Source: Ignavibacteriota bacterium | GTDB taxonomy: Bacteria > Bacteroidota > Ignavibacteria > UBA10030 | Reading direction: 5' to 3' | Assembly: GCA_963701295.1 (NCBI GenBank) | Contig: OY969585.1 | Span: forward strand, 3,552,001-3,616,000 | Length of the DNA: 64,000 bases | In this document: in pieces, positions 27,629 to 38,569 of the stretch | How positions within the stretch are numbered: position 1 is the stretch's first letter | Layout: the number at the start of each line of letters is the position of its first letter | Made by a program: the position numbers and the translations under genes | The notes under the pieces: generated by a model | Databases searched by the model: none | Seen by the model: the letters and a program-made list of their open reading frames with translations, nothing else | What the model was told of the DNA's origin: nothing

Positions 27629-28342
27629 CTACTTTTTTTTCTCCTCAAAAACAGCATCTTCAAGCCCAACATTCACTTTATAATTTGAATACTGAATAGT
27701 CGCCGAGCCATTTCTTGGCACTCCGCGTTGTATTTGACTGAACTGATCGGCAGGCTGGGAAATCGAATCATTCTCAGTTTTCTCTCCTTCCGTCGTCGAT
27801 CCGAAAATAACAATCATCTTTGATGGCAGCCAAAACTTCTCCTGCACAAATTCATAGGTAAAAACTATAGAAAGTGTTCGGCCTTCGCGCGGAATAGTTT
27901 CTATCTTTGCAATTGTCCAATGCGTAGAATCGATCCATGCGTACATCTGCCGTAAGCGTGTTTTCTTTTCCTTTGCAGCAAGCTGAAGTTTGTATAACAT
28001 TCGGCCATCGAGAGTGTCTGTTCCAAGAAATGATGCATCGTAGCGTTCAAATAACACTGCTGGATTCAAAGTGACACCTTCGCGTGGTACGAACAAAAAA
28101 CCCTGCGATGTAAAATGAACTTTATCCGGCCTCTTAAAATCCATCGTTGCATGCATCTTGGGAACTTGTACGCGCTCCATCTTAACTTCTGCATCGATAG
28201 TTGCTACAAAGTCATGGACCTCTGCGAATCCATTCACGACTCTCGCGAGAAGAGTGTCGGCATTTAGCGCTTCTGATAACTTTTGTGCACAAGTCGTATT
28301 CAATACTAAACTGGTCATTAATGCTATTCTTACAATTTTCAT
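27629..28342 (-). CDS. LolA-like outer-membrane lipoprotein carrier/sorting protein
   Basis: Signal peptide; FKRPDKV; YSNYKVNVGLED.VF. Confidence 0.65.
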   Translation of the reverse strand: MKIVRIALMTSLVLNTTCAQKLSEALNADTLLARVVNGFAEVHDFVATIDAEVKMERVQVPKMHATMDFKRPDKVHFTSQGFLFVPREGVTLNPAVLFERYDASFLGTDTLDGRMLYKLQLAAKEKKTRLRQMYAWIDSTHWTIAKIETIPREGRTLSIVFTYEFVQEKFWLPSKMIVIFGSTTEGEKTENDSISQPADQFSQIQRGVPRNGSATIQYSNYKVNVGLEDAVFEEKKK

Positions 28343-28407
28343 TGTCACCTCTTTATTATTTCATAGGACAAGATGGCTCCCTATCCCATACTAGATATAA
28401 ACATATT

Positions 28408-29679
28408 TTAAATGGTTCTTGTTTCTTGAGCATGTACAAATTTATTATAGAGAACCATCAACAACGTACCAAGTGCGCCTATGCCTATGAGTGCAAACCA
28501 CACCATTTCCGGTTTGCCATTTGCTTTGGAAGTTTGATAGAGCCATCCGCCAAGGGGATCGCCGACAAATCTTGCTATGGCAATGGGCAAAAATGCATAT
28601 CCCTGATACAATCCTTGCTGGCCTGGAGGAGCGATTTCTGAAATATACTCATAATATCGTGGTGCTTGGATCATTTCACCGATAGCGAATGCAACGATGC
28701 CGGCTGCAATTGTTGGAATACTTGGATAGATGCCGATGATGAGCCAGATGAAACTCGATACCGCGAATCCAAGAACGATTGCAGTACGTGTCGGAATATT
28801 CTTCGTGACACGATTGAGCGGAATCTGAAAGAGAATAATCGCCCCGGCTCCAGCCCATGATTGAAGAATCTCATACGGCGCGTTTGCATTGATGTAATCA
28901 GTGACATAATAGGGGACGATGATGAATTCCTGCCAAAAGATAATCCAGTAGAGAGAATAGATAAGCAGAAAGATCATGAATTTGAAATTTGCCAGTACCA
29001 CAAACAGATTGGTGATCTTTTTCCCAAGAGATTCGATGACTTCCGTGCGTGCGCTCTTCACTTCCTTGTAGAGAATTAAATTGACAATGAGCATTGCAAG
29101 GCAGCTGATCGACGAAACCACATAGACAAATTCATTCCCAAATTTGTCGCGCACAAAATAGGCGATTGTGGGTCCAAGTAATGCTCCGACATTGACTAAC
29201 CAGTAGTACACCGCAAACCCCAGCGACTTTGTTTCCTCTTTCGATGTCACGGCAACCGTTCCAAGTACAGACGGTTTGATGAATGAACCGCCAAACGCCG
29301 TCAGGACTAGAAAAATCAGCAATAACCAGTACAGATTGAAATTACTATAAACACCGGCAAATGCACTCATTCCGACAGATCCGATTAAAAAATATCCGAG
29401 CGCCAGAATGGAAAAGGCAATATTAAATGCACGGCGAAATCCCCACTTATCTGCGAGCGTGCCTCCGAGGATCGGCAGCAAATAAATCAATCCACCGAAG
29501 ATTCCAGAAAGTTGTCCGGCTTCTGTCTCTGTGAATCCAAGTTTATTACGGAGGTAAATCATGAAAACAATTTGCTGTCCGTAATATGCCAGCCGCTCGA
29601 ACAGCTCCATTCCGTTGGCGACCCAGAATGTCGGGTGAAAACCGTTGCGGATTTCTTGCGCTCTCGCTCGAATTTTCAA
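28408..29679 (-). CDS. MFS transporter (POT/peptide-like)
   Basis: ELFERLAYYG; GGTLADKWG; 12 TM. Confidence 0.88.
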   Translation of the reverse strand: MKIRARAQEIRNGFHPTFWVANGMELFERLAYYGQQIVFMIYLRNKLGFTETEAGQLSGIFGGLIYLLPILGGTLADKWGFRRAFNIAFSILALGYFLIGSVGMSAFAGVYSNFNLYWLLLIFLVLTAFGGSFIKPSVLGTVAVTSKEETKSLGFAVYYWLVNVGALLGPTIAYFVRDKFGNEFVYVVSSISCLAMLIVNLILYKEVKSARTEVIESLGKKITNLFVVLANFKFMIFLLIYSLYWIIFWQEFIIVPYYVTDYINANAPYEILQSWAGAGAIILFQIPLNRVTKNIPTRTAIVLGFAVSSFIWLIIGIYPSIPTIAAGIVAFAIGEMIQAPRYYEYISEIAPPGQQGLYQGYAFLPIAIARFVGDPLGGWLYQTSKANGKPEMVWFALIGIGALGTLLMVLYNKFVHAQETRTI

Positions 29680-29725
29680 ATATCACCCTTCCTGCAATTT
29701 GAGAGATGAAATTTTACATTTTGTA

Positions 29726-30619
29726 TCAGATCGTACTTAATCCAGCTTCCTTGACGATGACTGGTGTTATGCTTTCCCACATAACAGGCATGATATGGAT
29801 GCCCCGTACTCCTTTTATCTTTTTGAGCGCTTTAATCATTTCAATCGCAATTTTTATTCCTTCTTCTTTTGGGTCGGAAGCGTTTTCCAAGCGGTTGATA
29901 TACTCGTCATTTATTTTTACACCGGGAACTTCCTTTTTCATATGATGTAAAGCCTTTACAGATTTCACCGGCATAACGCCGGCAAGAATTGCGCATTTCT
30001 CATGCAGCCCCATCTCAACAACTTTTTCCATCCAGCGGGTAAAAATATCCATATCAAATACCGGCTGAGTCTGGATGAAACGTGCTCCTGTTTTTACTTT
30101 TTTATGTAAACGGATGAGCCGCATTTCAAACGGCTCGGCAAATGGATTCGCTGCAGCACCAACGAAAAAGTCGGGAGCTTTTTTCATTTCTTGTTCGGAA
30201 AGTAAAAAACCGCTGTTCATCTTAGCAACTGTAGCAATGAGCTGTATTGAATCTAAATCAAACACGCCTTTTGCTTCCGGCTGGTCGCCGAATTTCTGGT
30301 AATCGCCGGTTAAACAGAGTAAGTTATGAATGCCAAGTGCAGCAGCCCCCAACAAATCGCTCTGAAGAGCAATCCTATTACGATCGCGGCATGTCATCTG
30401 CATAATCGGTTCGAGGCCTTCCTCCAACAATATTTTTGCTGAAGCTATGCTTGATAACCGAACAATAGCAGTCTGATTATCTGTTATATTCACCGCGTCA
30501 ACAACGCCTTTGAAATACTTGGATTTTTCCCTGATGACATTCCCGTCGCAGCTTTTTGGCGGACCAATCTCACCGCAAACGATAAACCTTCCTGATTCAA
30601 TTTTTTCTTTGAGTGTCAT
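29726..30619 (-). CDS. metF: Methylenetetrahydrofolate reductase
   Basis: EIGPPK; NITDN; QMTCRDRN; LTGD; IQTQPVFD. Confidence 0.92.
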   Translation of the reverse strand: MTLKEKIESGRFIVCGEIGPPKSCDGNVIREKSKYFKGVVDAVNITDNQTAIVRLSSIASAKILLEEGLEPIMQMTCRDRNRIALQSDLLGAAALGIHNLLCLTGDYQKFGDQPEAKGVFDLDSIQLIATVAKMNSGFLLSEQEMKKAPDFFVGAAANPFAEPFEMRLIRLHKKVKTGARFIQTQPVFDMDIFTRWMEKVVEMGLHEKCAILAGVMPVKSVKALHHMKKEVPGVKINDEYINRLENASDPKEEGIKIAIEMIKALKKIKGVRGIHIMPVMWESITPVIVKEAGLSTI

Positions 30620-31055
30620 CGGATAGAATTTCCTTCACTTTCCGCTTATCGCCGCGAACAAACCAAATCGGTGCATCAATTCGTTTCATGAATACGTTGA
30701 GCCAGGCGGATGTGCCCTCTAAATTCCAGTTATGGATCTTATTTATTTTATATAACAAGTTTAAGCGATTCAACATTTTCGAACGATAATAGATCCTATA
30801 CCAAACACATTTTCGTTCTGGATATACTTCGCACGATCCTCCTGCGCCTGTTCCTCCACACGGCCCATTGCGTATCCTTTTGGGACATCTCTGACTGCAG
30901 ATGAAAGCTGTAGACGATAATATGCATTCGCCGCAGTGCTGACAACCGAAGACCGGCACTTTTACAATGTCTTCAAAAAGAAGTAGGAGGCGTGAGATTT
31001 TTTTTTCGCGCGGTGATATCGGAGGTTTTCCGGATGTAACAAAATCAATTGACAT
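30597..31055 (-). CDS. metV: MTHFR small subunit / MTHFR_C zinc-finger
   Basis: CQHCGEC...CPKRIRNGPCGG...CEV...CVW; overlaps metF. Confidence 0.82.
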   Translation of the reverse strand: MSIDFVTSGKPPISPREKKISRLLLLFEDIVKVPVFGCQHCGECILSSTAFICSQRCPKRIRNGPCGGTGAGGSCEVYPERKCVWYRIYYRSKMLNRLNLLYKINKIHNWNLEGTSAWLNVFMKRIDAPIWFVRGDKRKVKEILSDDTQRKN

Positions 31056-31091
31056 GTGATCTATTTCTCTTTTCTCTCAGAAATTTCTTTT

Positions 31092-31964
31092 CTAAGAATA
31101 GAAACCCATTACCCTCATAATTGCATCAAAACCATCCAATTGAAGTACATCTTTTAAGCATTGCATTGCAGGGTGATCCTCCGTCAGGATCGAATAATTA
31201 CGTTTGACAGAACCGATAATAGTATTCAATCCCATCGGCATCGCCATAGTTAAGAAAGCGCTCTCCAAAGGACCCTTTACCGGTGATCCGTCAGCCCGTT
31301 TGGAAGGAAGCATAACGGTAAAATTGCTTAACCCAACTGATATATTCACACTTTGAAGGTCCGCATCTTCATGAATCAATTTGATTGTATTTATCAATCT
31401 CTTAAAATTTCCTTCCGAATCACTTCCAATCGGCACGATACCTGGATCAAGAATAACCTCACTGTTCTTTACACTGCTTATGCGCTCACGGGCGATATTC
31501 ATCATAACTTTTGCCGTCGCATGCGTTTCTTCTGCTGTTTTATTCATTTTTAAATCGCCGCTTTGATCCGAACCTTCTGTAACAAGGAGGATCGGAATAA
31601 ATGGCTGCTTTTTATAAATATCGAACATTTGCAGTCGCGCCTGAGAGATTGAATTTATGATCGGCTTTCTTTTTCCTGCACGTTCAGGATTGTACGCTTC
31701 CAGCCCTGCGGTGGCTATTTCAGGATCAGGTGTATCGATCGAAAGAGGAAGTGCAATGTGCTCTTGAATTTTCGTTACAATATCTGCCATGAATCCAGGG
31801 GAACGCAATCCTACATTTACATCTATATAGGCAGCGCCGCTTTCTGCCTGCGATTTTGCCAGCTCCACTATTCCAGCAATATCATTCTTTTCGAATAATG
31901 TATGGGTAGAAGGCACAGAATCATTTATTGATTCGCCGATAATCGTCAGGCCTGCAATGCTCAT
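31092..31964 (-). CDS. Pterin-binding methyl-THF:corrinoid methyltransferase (AcsE/MetH pterin-domain-like)
   Basis: IIGESIN; YIDVNVG; LSIDT; INSI; LDPG; GLSN. Confidence 0.8.
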   Translation of the reverse strand: MSIAGLTIIGESINDSVPSTHTLFEKNDIAGIVELAKSQAESGAAYIDVNVGLRSPGFMADIVTKIQEHIALPLSIDTPDPEIATAGLEAYNPERAGKRKPIINSISQARLQMFDIYKKQPFIPILLVTEGSDQSGDLKMNKTAEETHATAKVMMNIARERISSVKNSEVILDPGIVPIGSDSEGNFKRLINTIKLIHEDADLQSVNISVGLSNFTVMLPSKRADGSPVKGPLESAFLTMAMPMGLNTIIGSVKRNYSILTEDHPAMQCLKDVLQLDGFDAIMRVMGFYS

Positions 31965-32118
31965 AGACGTTCCTTTTTCGTTAAGACATTTTTACAATAA
32001 AAAGAAAAATAGGAAAAATTAGCTTGATATGCATTTCATGAGCACGGAAAAAATAAAAAGGAATTACGCACTTTTCGGCTAATTGATACATCGGCAGGTT
32101 ATTAGTAAGCTATGAAAA

Positions 32119-32955
32119 TTATGATAGAATATCTTTCCTTACAAACACTGCCCACGCGCTCAGTACAAATGCAAGTGTCCACGTTCCCATGAAGAGAATA
32201 CCTGTTTTAATCTCATCCCAAGGAACCGGATCCTGAAACATTTTCTGCCACATATTGAGATATTTTGTGAAGAGAAATCTTTTCGGGACTTCAAACAAAT
32301 CCACAGGAATGACACTGATGACAGCAAACACAATCAGTACTCCCATTGTTGCAACGATAGGCCCAATGGCATTCTCGACGAACGACGAAAAGAAAAATGA
32401 GAGCGATGCGATCGTGATCATCGTCCATGTGGCAAGAAGATATGCGATCAAAAAGCGCCATGCAACCTCCGCCTCCGGCAGAATGAGGATACCGCGAAGA
32501 ATGACAATAAGATCACCGCGTCCAAGGAGAATCACTGCTAATCCGACACTTAAGCCTGCCAGAAAGAAAACGAAGACAATTGTGTAAATAAGAGTCGTTA
32601 TGTACTTGGCAATAAAAATACGGGTACGTGATACAGGCCGGATAAGAATCAAACGGTACGTGCCCGCAGTAGCTTCTCCGGCAAGTTGATCTCCTGCAAC
32701 AAACGAGATAAGGAGTGGAATGTGAAACCAGAGACTGTTCATAATTTGGTGAGCAACAAACCATCCGTTAAACAGATTTCCAAAGAAAAGAAAGTCTTGC
32801 GATAATCCACGTAATGCTATCGTCAAGAATCGACCGCCTTCCAGCTTCATGGCAACCTCTACTAACGGCACAAGCAGAAGAATAATTCCAAAGCCGATGT
32901 ATGTCCGCTTCTTGAGGAAAAGCTTGATGAGTTCGCAATATATTAATCGAGTCAT
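32119..32955 (-). CDS. ABC-2 type permease
   Basis: GEATAGTYRLILIRPVSR..IFIAK; RKDILS C-terminus. Confidence 0.85.
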   Translation of the reverse strand: MTRLIYCELIKLFLKKRTYIGFGIILLLVPLVEVAMKLEGGRFLTIALRGLSQDFLFFGNLFNGWFVAHQIMNSLWFHIPLLISFVAGDQLAGEATAGTYRLILIRPVSRTRIFIAKYITTLIYTIVFVFFLAGLSVGLAVILLGRGDLIVILRGILILPEAEVAWRFLIAYLLATWTMITIASLSFFFSSFVENAIGPIVATMGVLIVFAVISVIPVDLFEVPKRFLFTKYLNMWQKMFQDPVPWDEIKTGILFMGTWTLAFVLSAWAVFVRKDILS

Positions 32956-32963
32956 GTGCAGTC

Positions 32964-33878
32964 CTATGTTGCACGTTCCGTCATCGACAGGAAGAGATCT
33001 TCCAGCGAACGACGCGGAATCAACGCACTCACCTGAACACCGCCACCTACAAGAGCTTTGTTCAATTCAGGAATAAGTGCAAAATCCATTGTCACTTCAA
33101 ATCTTCCTTCTTTCTCGGAAAAATTTTCCAGGATTCTTTTTTGACGCTTTAGAACAGAGAGAACCTTTTGCCGCGGTTCCGCTTGAAGAATCACATACTT
33201 CTCCCCTTCATCTAATAACGTATTGACATCCCCCTGAACGACCAGTTCTCCGTTATGAATAATCGCCATACGGCTGGCAACCATTTCTATTTCGTTCAGC
33301 AGGTGCGAAGAGAGAATAATTGTTTTCTTCTGATCACGGGAGAGATGCACAATGAGATCGCGCACTTCCTTCATTCCCTGCGGATCAAGTCCGTTCGTGG
33401 GTTCATCAAGAATGACAAGTTCGGGATCGGAAATTAATGCTTGCGCAATACCAAGCCGTTGTTTCATTCCGTGCGAATATGTTTTAACACGATCAGTCGC
33501 CCGGCCGCTCAAGCCAACAAGATCGAGCACTTCGAAGATTCTTTTACGGTTCACATCACCGGAAAGCGCACCGACAATTTCAAGATTTTTATATGCAGAA
33601 AGATATTGATAGAAATCTGGTTTCTCAACAATTCCTCCAACACGACGGAGCGCCTCCGACCGATGCGATTTGAGGAAATGGCCAAAAATTTCCGTCGCAC
33701 CCTCCGTTGGTTTGATGAGCGAGAGAATCATACGGATGGTCGTACTTTTTCCTGCACCATTCGGTCCCAGAAAACCAAAGACATCACTGCGGCGAACTTC
33801 AAGATTCAGATTCTTGACAGCCCAGCGCTTCCCATACCGCTTCCCGAGTTGCCGTGTTTGAAGTATAGTTTCTCTCAT
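32964..33878 (-). CDS. ABC transporter ATP-binding protein
   Basis: GPNGAGKST; YSHGMKQR; ILDEP; SSH. Confidence 0.93.
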   Translation of the reverse strand: MRETILQTRQLGKRYGKRWAVKNLNLEVRRSDVFGFLGPNGAGKSTTIRMILSLIKPTEGATEIFGHFLKSHRSEALRRVGGIVEKPDFYQYLSAYKNLEIVGALSGDVNRKRIFEVLDLVGLSGRATDRVKTYSHGMKQRLGIAQALISDPELVILDEPTNGLDPQGMKEVRDLIVHLSRDQKKTIILSSHLLNEIEMVASRMAIIHNGELVVQGDVNTLLDEGEKYVILQAEPRQKVLSVLKRQKRILENFSEKEGRFEVTMDFALIPELNKALVGGGVQVSALIPRRSLEDLFLSMTERAT

Positions 33879-34044
33879 AACAAATAATCGATCATGGTGC
33901 TCCTGCCAATATACCAATGCCTTCATTCTTGTTCAACTGAAAACTATCGGCATCTCATGAAAGAATTTATTTGGAGAAAAGCATTGGAATCTGTATCTTA
34001 ATAACAAAGTAAAGTATTATTCAACATTCGCATAAGCAAAAATA

Positions 34045-35043
34045 ATGAAGAAATTATATACCGTCGCTGTAGTAGGTGCAACCGGTTTAGTGGGTCGAAC
34101 GATGATCACTGTTCTGGAAGAACTAAATTTTCCCGTTGAGCAGCTTGTTCCGCTCGCTTCCGCGCGATCCGCCGGAATGGAAGTGCCATTTAGAGGTAAA
34201 CCCATAAAAGTCCAGACACTCACTGCCGAAAGCTTTACGGGCGTGGATTTTGCGCTCTTCTCAGCGGGCGCAACCGTGAGCAAAGAATTTGGACCGAAAG
34301 CGATAGTACAAGGTGCTATTGTCATCGATAACAGCAGCGCATTCCGGATGGATCCGGATGTTCCGCTTATTGTTCCAGAGGTGAATCCAAAAGATGCTTT
34401 CAAGCACCACGGTATTATTGCTAACCCGAATTGCTCCACGATCCAAATGGTGGTAGTATTGAAACCCCTGCACGATGCATTCGGCATCAAACGCGTTGTG
34501 GTCTCCACGTACCAATCAGTCACAGGCGCAGGAAAGAAAGGTATCAACCAGCTCGAAGATGAAATCGCCGAACAACCGCTGCGTGAAAAGAAATTTCCAC
34601 ATCCGATCGCGTACAACGTACTGCCGCATATCGATGTTTTCCTTCCTGATGGCTACACGAAGGAAGAACAAAAAATGACGGATGAAACAAAAAAAATTAT
34701 GTGTGCAGATATCCCGGTCACTGCTACGACAGTGCGCGTGCCGGTTATCGGCGGGCACAGTGAAGCAGTGAACATCGAGTTCGACCGTCCCTGCCCCATT
34801 GAAGACGTACGTGCAATTCTGAAACGGGCTCCCGGTATTATTGTCCAGGATGATCCTGCAACGAATCTGTATCCGCTTCCCATTCACGCATATGGAAAGA
34901 ACGATGTTTTCGTTGGCCGAATTCGAAAAGATTTCAGCATTCGCAATGGAATCAACCTTTGGATTGTCTCGGACAATGTTCGCAAAGGCGCAGCAACAAA
35001 TGCAGTGCAAATTGCACAGCTGCTCATTTCACAAAAACAGTAA
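34045..35043 (+). CDS. asd: Aspartate-semialdehyde dehydrogenase
   Basis: GATGLVG; NPNCSTIQ; DNVRKGAATNAVQ. Confidence 0.96.
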   Translation: MKKLYTVAVVGATGLVGRTMITVLEELNFPVEQLVPLASARSAGMEVPFRGKPIKVQTLTAESFTGVDFALFSAGATVSKEFGPKAIVQGAIVIDNSSAFRMDPDVPLIVPEVNPKDAFKHHGIIANPNCSTIQMVVVLKPLHDAFGIKRVVVSTYQSVTGAGKKGINQLEDEIAEQPLREKKFPHPIAYNVLPHIDVFLPDGYTKEEQKMTDETKKIMCADIPVTATTVRVPVIGGHSEAVNIEFDRPCPIEDVRAILKRAPGIIVQDDPATNLYPLPIHAYGKNDVFVGRIRKDFSIRNGINLWIVSDNVRKGAATNAVQIAQLLISQKQ

Positions 35044-35203
35044 AAAGATGGATAAATCTTAAATAACAATATTCAAAAAACAAACAGTATCAAATGACTA
35101 AATTCCAATAACATAAATTTTGTTTTTAGATATTGTAATTTGTTTGATAATTAAATTTTGTGATTTTAAATTTTCTCAACAGGCTGACAGAGGATTCTAA
35201 AAA

Positions 35204-36598
35204 ATGATCGTTATGAAATTCGGTGGCACTTCCGTTGAAGATGCCAAGTCCATGCAAACTGTTATCCAAATCGTTCGAAAAGAGCAAACCCGACAGCCTG
35301 TTGTCGTTCTCTCTGCCATTTCCGGTGCAACCAACACGCTTCTCAAAGCCGCACATATTGCACAAGAAGGCAAACTTGATGATGCTATTCTGCTCTTGAA
35401 TGGGTTACTCGATCGACATGTGACAGTGATGGAGAATTTAATCGACGACCGCTCAACCGTCCAGCGGCTTATTGCATCATTTAAACCACGATTCGAAGAA
35501 CTGCGGAATCTCTGCCAGGGCATTGCTATTCTTGGAGAGTTGACAAATCGTTCGCTCGATGCAATTGCATCGGTCGGTGAACTCCTTTCATCACAGATTC
35601 TGAGCGAAGCGATGGATATTCAGGGTCTTCCGGCAAAATGGGTCGATGCACGAACTTATATCATAACGGATAACCAATTTGTGTCTGCAGTACCGCAATT
35701 TGATCAGATCAATGTGAAAGTAAAACAGATTCTTACTCCTTTACTGGCATCAAAGACGATCATCGTTACACAGGGCTTCATTGGATCAAACTCGAAAGGA
35801 ATTACAACTACTCTGGGCCGAGGAGGTTCTGATTACTCCGCGTCCATTATTGGCGCCGCATTGGATGCCGAAGAAATTCAGATCTGGACAGACGTCGACG
35901 GTGTGCTTACAGCGGATCCGCGCATTGCTCCTGCAGCACAGAAGCTACGCATCATTTCATTCCGGGAAGCGGCAGAGCTCGCATATTTCGGAGCGAAAGT
36001 GCTGCACCCCAGCACCATCTTCCCTGCCGTAAAGAAAGAGATTCCGGTTGTTGTGCTGAATTCAAAACGTCCAGAGAATACCGGCACACGCATCGTTTCC
36101 CATCCGCCGAAAACAAATGTTCCGGTAAAATCTATTGCCTGCAAACGCGGCATTACCGTTGTCAATGTTCAATCGCTGCGGATGTTGATGGCTTACGGCT
36201 TTTTGGAATCGATCTTTTCTGTGTTCAATAAATATGAGACATCTGTCGATCTTGTGAGCACTTCGGAAGTCGCTGTTTCGTTGACAATCGACAACACCTC
36301 AACACTTGATATGATTATCGCAGAACTTTCGACATTTGCAGAGGTCTCCATTCTTGAGAAACAAGGAATTCTTTGTATTGTAGGCGATCAAATGCGGTCA
36401 ACTGCCGGAGTTGCCGATCAGATCTTTCACGCATTGCGGGAAATCAACTTAGTAATGATTTCTCAGGGAGCATCAGAAATCAATATGAGTATCGTCATCG
36501 AAGAATCGCAAATCGACGAAGCTGTACGACGGCTTCATAAACAATTTTTCGAATCTATTCCTGCCATTGATTTATTTGAACCGGTCGGAGGAAAATAG
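35204..36598 (+). CDS. lysC: Aspartate kinase
   Basis: MKFGGTSV; TLGRGGSDYSA; ACT domains. Confidence 0.95.
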   Translation: MIVMKFGGTSVEDAKSMQTVIQIVRKEQTRQPVVVLSAISGATNTLLKAAHIAQEGKLDDAILLLNGLLDRHVTVMENLIDDRSTVQRLIASFKPRFEELRNLCQGIAILGELTNRSLDAIASVGELLSSQILSEAMDIQGLPAKWVDARTYIITDNQFVSAVPQFDQINVKVKQILTPLLASKTIIVTQGFIGSNSKGITTTLGRGGSDYSASIIGAALDAEEIQIWTDVDGVLTADPRIAPAAQKLRIISFREAAELAYFGAKVLHPSTIFPAVKKEIPVVVLNSKRPENTGTRIVSHPPKTNVPVKSIACKRGITVVNVQSLRMLMAYGFLESIFSVFNKYETSVDLVSTSEVAVSLTIDNTSTLDMIIAELSTFAEVSILEKQGILCIVGDQMRSTAGVADQIFHALREINLVMISQGASEINMSIVIEESQIDEAVRRLHKQFFESIPAIDLFEPVGGK

Positions 36599-36603
36599 CC
36601 TTT

Positions 36604-37347
36604 ATGCGGATTGCTCTTGTAGGTTATGGAAAGATGGGAAAAGAGATCGAACGTCTCGCTCTCGAACGAGGCTGGAGTGTAGATCTCCGCGTCGATATCG
36701 ACACGCCGCCGATTACATCTGCGCAGCGAACAAATATTGATGTTGTTATTCATTACGCTCAGGCCAATAGTATTGTTGATGACCTCACACCATGGATAGA
36801 AGCACACAAATCGATCGTCGTCGGGACAACCGGTTGGCACGAACAAATGTCGAGAGTAGAAGCACTTGTGAAAAAAAATAATATTGGATTGATTTACGCT
36901 TCTAACTTTTCGCTGGGCGTCAATATCTTCTTCCACCTTATTCGTACTGCAGCCCAAGCGATGGATCGATTTACAAACTATGATGCATTTATTCAAGAGA
37001 TCCATCATAAGAATAAACTCGATAGCCCGAGCGGAACTGCATTGACGATGGGACAAATCGTTTTAAACCACTTTCGGCGAAAGAAAGAATTGCTCAACGA
37101 GACATCTCATGGAAAGATTCGTCCAGAGCAGCTGCATATTTCTTCAACACGAAGTGGTTCAGTGGTCGGCACACATATTCTTGCATTTGACTCAGCAGCG
37201 GACACAATCGAGTTAAAACATACTGCAAAAGACCGTTCCGGTTTTGCACTCGGTACATTGCTTGCAGCAGAATGGATTATCGGAAAAAAAGGATTGTTTA
37301 CAATGGACGATGTATTTCAAGATATTTTCAAACAAGGAGACCGTTAG
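36604..37347 (+). CDS. dapB: 4-hydroxy-tetrahydrodipicolinate reductase
   Basis: GYGKMG; GTTG; EIHHKNKLDSPSGTA. Confidence 0.95.
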   Translation: MRIALVGYGKMGKEIERLALERGWSVDLRVDIDTPPITSAQRTNIDVVIHYAQANSIVDDLTPWIEAHKSIVVGTTGWHEQMSRVEALVKKNNIGLIYASNFSLGVNIFFHLIRTAAQAMDRFTNYDAFIQEIHHKNKLDSPSGTALTMGQIVLNHFRRKKELLNETSHGKIRPEQLHISSTRSGSVVGTHILAFDSAADTIELKHTAKDRSGFALGTLLAAEWIIGKKGLFTMDDVFQDIFKQGDR

Positions 37348-37350
37348 GTC

Positions 37351-38244
37351 ATGGCAGCACAGACAAAATTTCAAGGGACAGCAACAGCAATCGTCACGCC
37401 GTTTAAAAAAGACGGCACGATAGATGAAGCGGCATTAAGACGCTTCGTAGATTTTCAGATCAGCGGGGGTGTCGAAGCATTGGTACCCGTTGGGACAACA
37501 GGCGAGAATCCAACACTGAACGCAGACGAACAAAAGCGCGTCATCGAAATAGTCATTGAGCAGGCTAATAAACGGGTAAAAATCTTTGCCGGCGCCGGCA
37601 GCAATAACACTATTGAAGTGATTGAAAAAGCACGCTTTGCTAAAAGAGCTGGAGCAGATGCGGCATTGGTTGTCGGTCCTTACTATAATAGACCGACACA
37701 GAATGGATACTTCCAACACTTTAGCGCTGTTGCCGATGCCGTGGATATTCCACTGATCATTTATAATGTGCCGGGGCGAACGGGTGGCAACATCGAAGCT
37801 GCGACGATGTTACGGATGGCGGAAGAGATTCCCAATGTTGTGATGGTGAAAGAAGCATCCGGTAACATGACACAGATCATGGAAATAGCCCGCAACATGC
37901 CGAAGCATTTTTCTCTCCTCTCTGGGGACGATTCACTTGCATATTCTATTATCGCCCTCGGAGGCGACGGGTGTATTTCTGTGGTATCGAATGAATTGCC
38001 GAAAGAATATTCGAATTTGCTGCGGCTTTGCCTTAAAGGCAATTGGACAGAAGCACTTCAACTTCATTATCGCCTTCTGCCTTTAATGAATATCAACTTT
38101 ATCGAATCCAGCCCTACTCCTGTGAAAACTGCACTTGCAATGATGGGAATGATGGAGGAAACCCTCCGATTGCCATTGGTGCCCTTAACAGAGCCAAGCC
38201 GTGTAAAATTAAAGAATGCTTTGGCTGAACTGAAGCTGGTATGA
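37351..38244 (+). CDS. dapA: 4-hydroxy-tetrahydrodipicolinate synthase
   Basis: GTTGE; YNVPGRTG; KEASG; LSGDD. Confidence 0.96.
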   Translation: MAAQTKFQGTATAIVTPFKKDGTIDEAALRRFVDFQISGGVEALVPVGTTGENPTLNADEQKRVIEIVIEQANKRVKIFAGAGSNNTIEVIEKARFAKRAGADAALVVGPYYNRPTQNGYFQHFSAVADAVDIPLIIYNVPGRTGGNIEAATMLRMAEEIPNVVMVKEASGNMTQIMEIARNMPKHFSLLSGDDSLAYSIIALGGDGCISVVSNELPKEYSNLLRLCLKGNWTEALQLHYRLLPLMNINFIESSPTPVKTALAMMGMMEETLRLPLVPLTEPSRVKLKNALAELKLV

Positions 38245-38569
38245 GAATTGGTAAGGCAGAATTAGTTTCTTCTGGGAGGAAAAAAATGTAAAAATCATTG
38301 GCTATTGTCAAAGATTTTCTGTATTTTATTACTGTTAAATAACAGTACACCGTTATGGCTCCCTCGGGAGACCTTTTCTGTAGAGTAAGTCCTGTTATCG
38401 AGTCGTCTGCTGGTGGTTTGCTTCAATCTTTTAGTTTGAACACCTCCATAAAGATGTTACCGACTTCTTTGGGCCGTATCAATCCAGTAAAAGTGTTTTT
38501 GAGTAGAGTACGGCGTACACCCTGCCGGCGGTCGGCCGGTTTTACAATCTTTATGAAAGGATATGTTCC

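Noticed and set aside
34017-35523. Minus-strand ORFs over asd/lysC
   Set aside because: Antisense to well-conserved genes
38245-38569. Riboswitch or ORF upstream of csp
   Set aside because: No recognisable aptamer; long 5' UTRs are normal for csp genes
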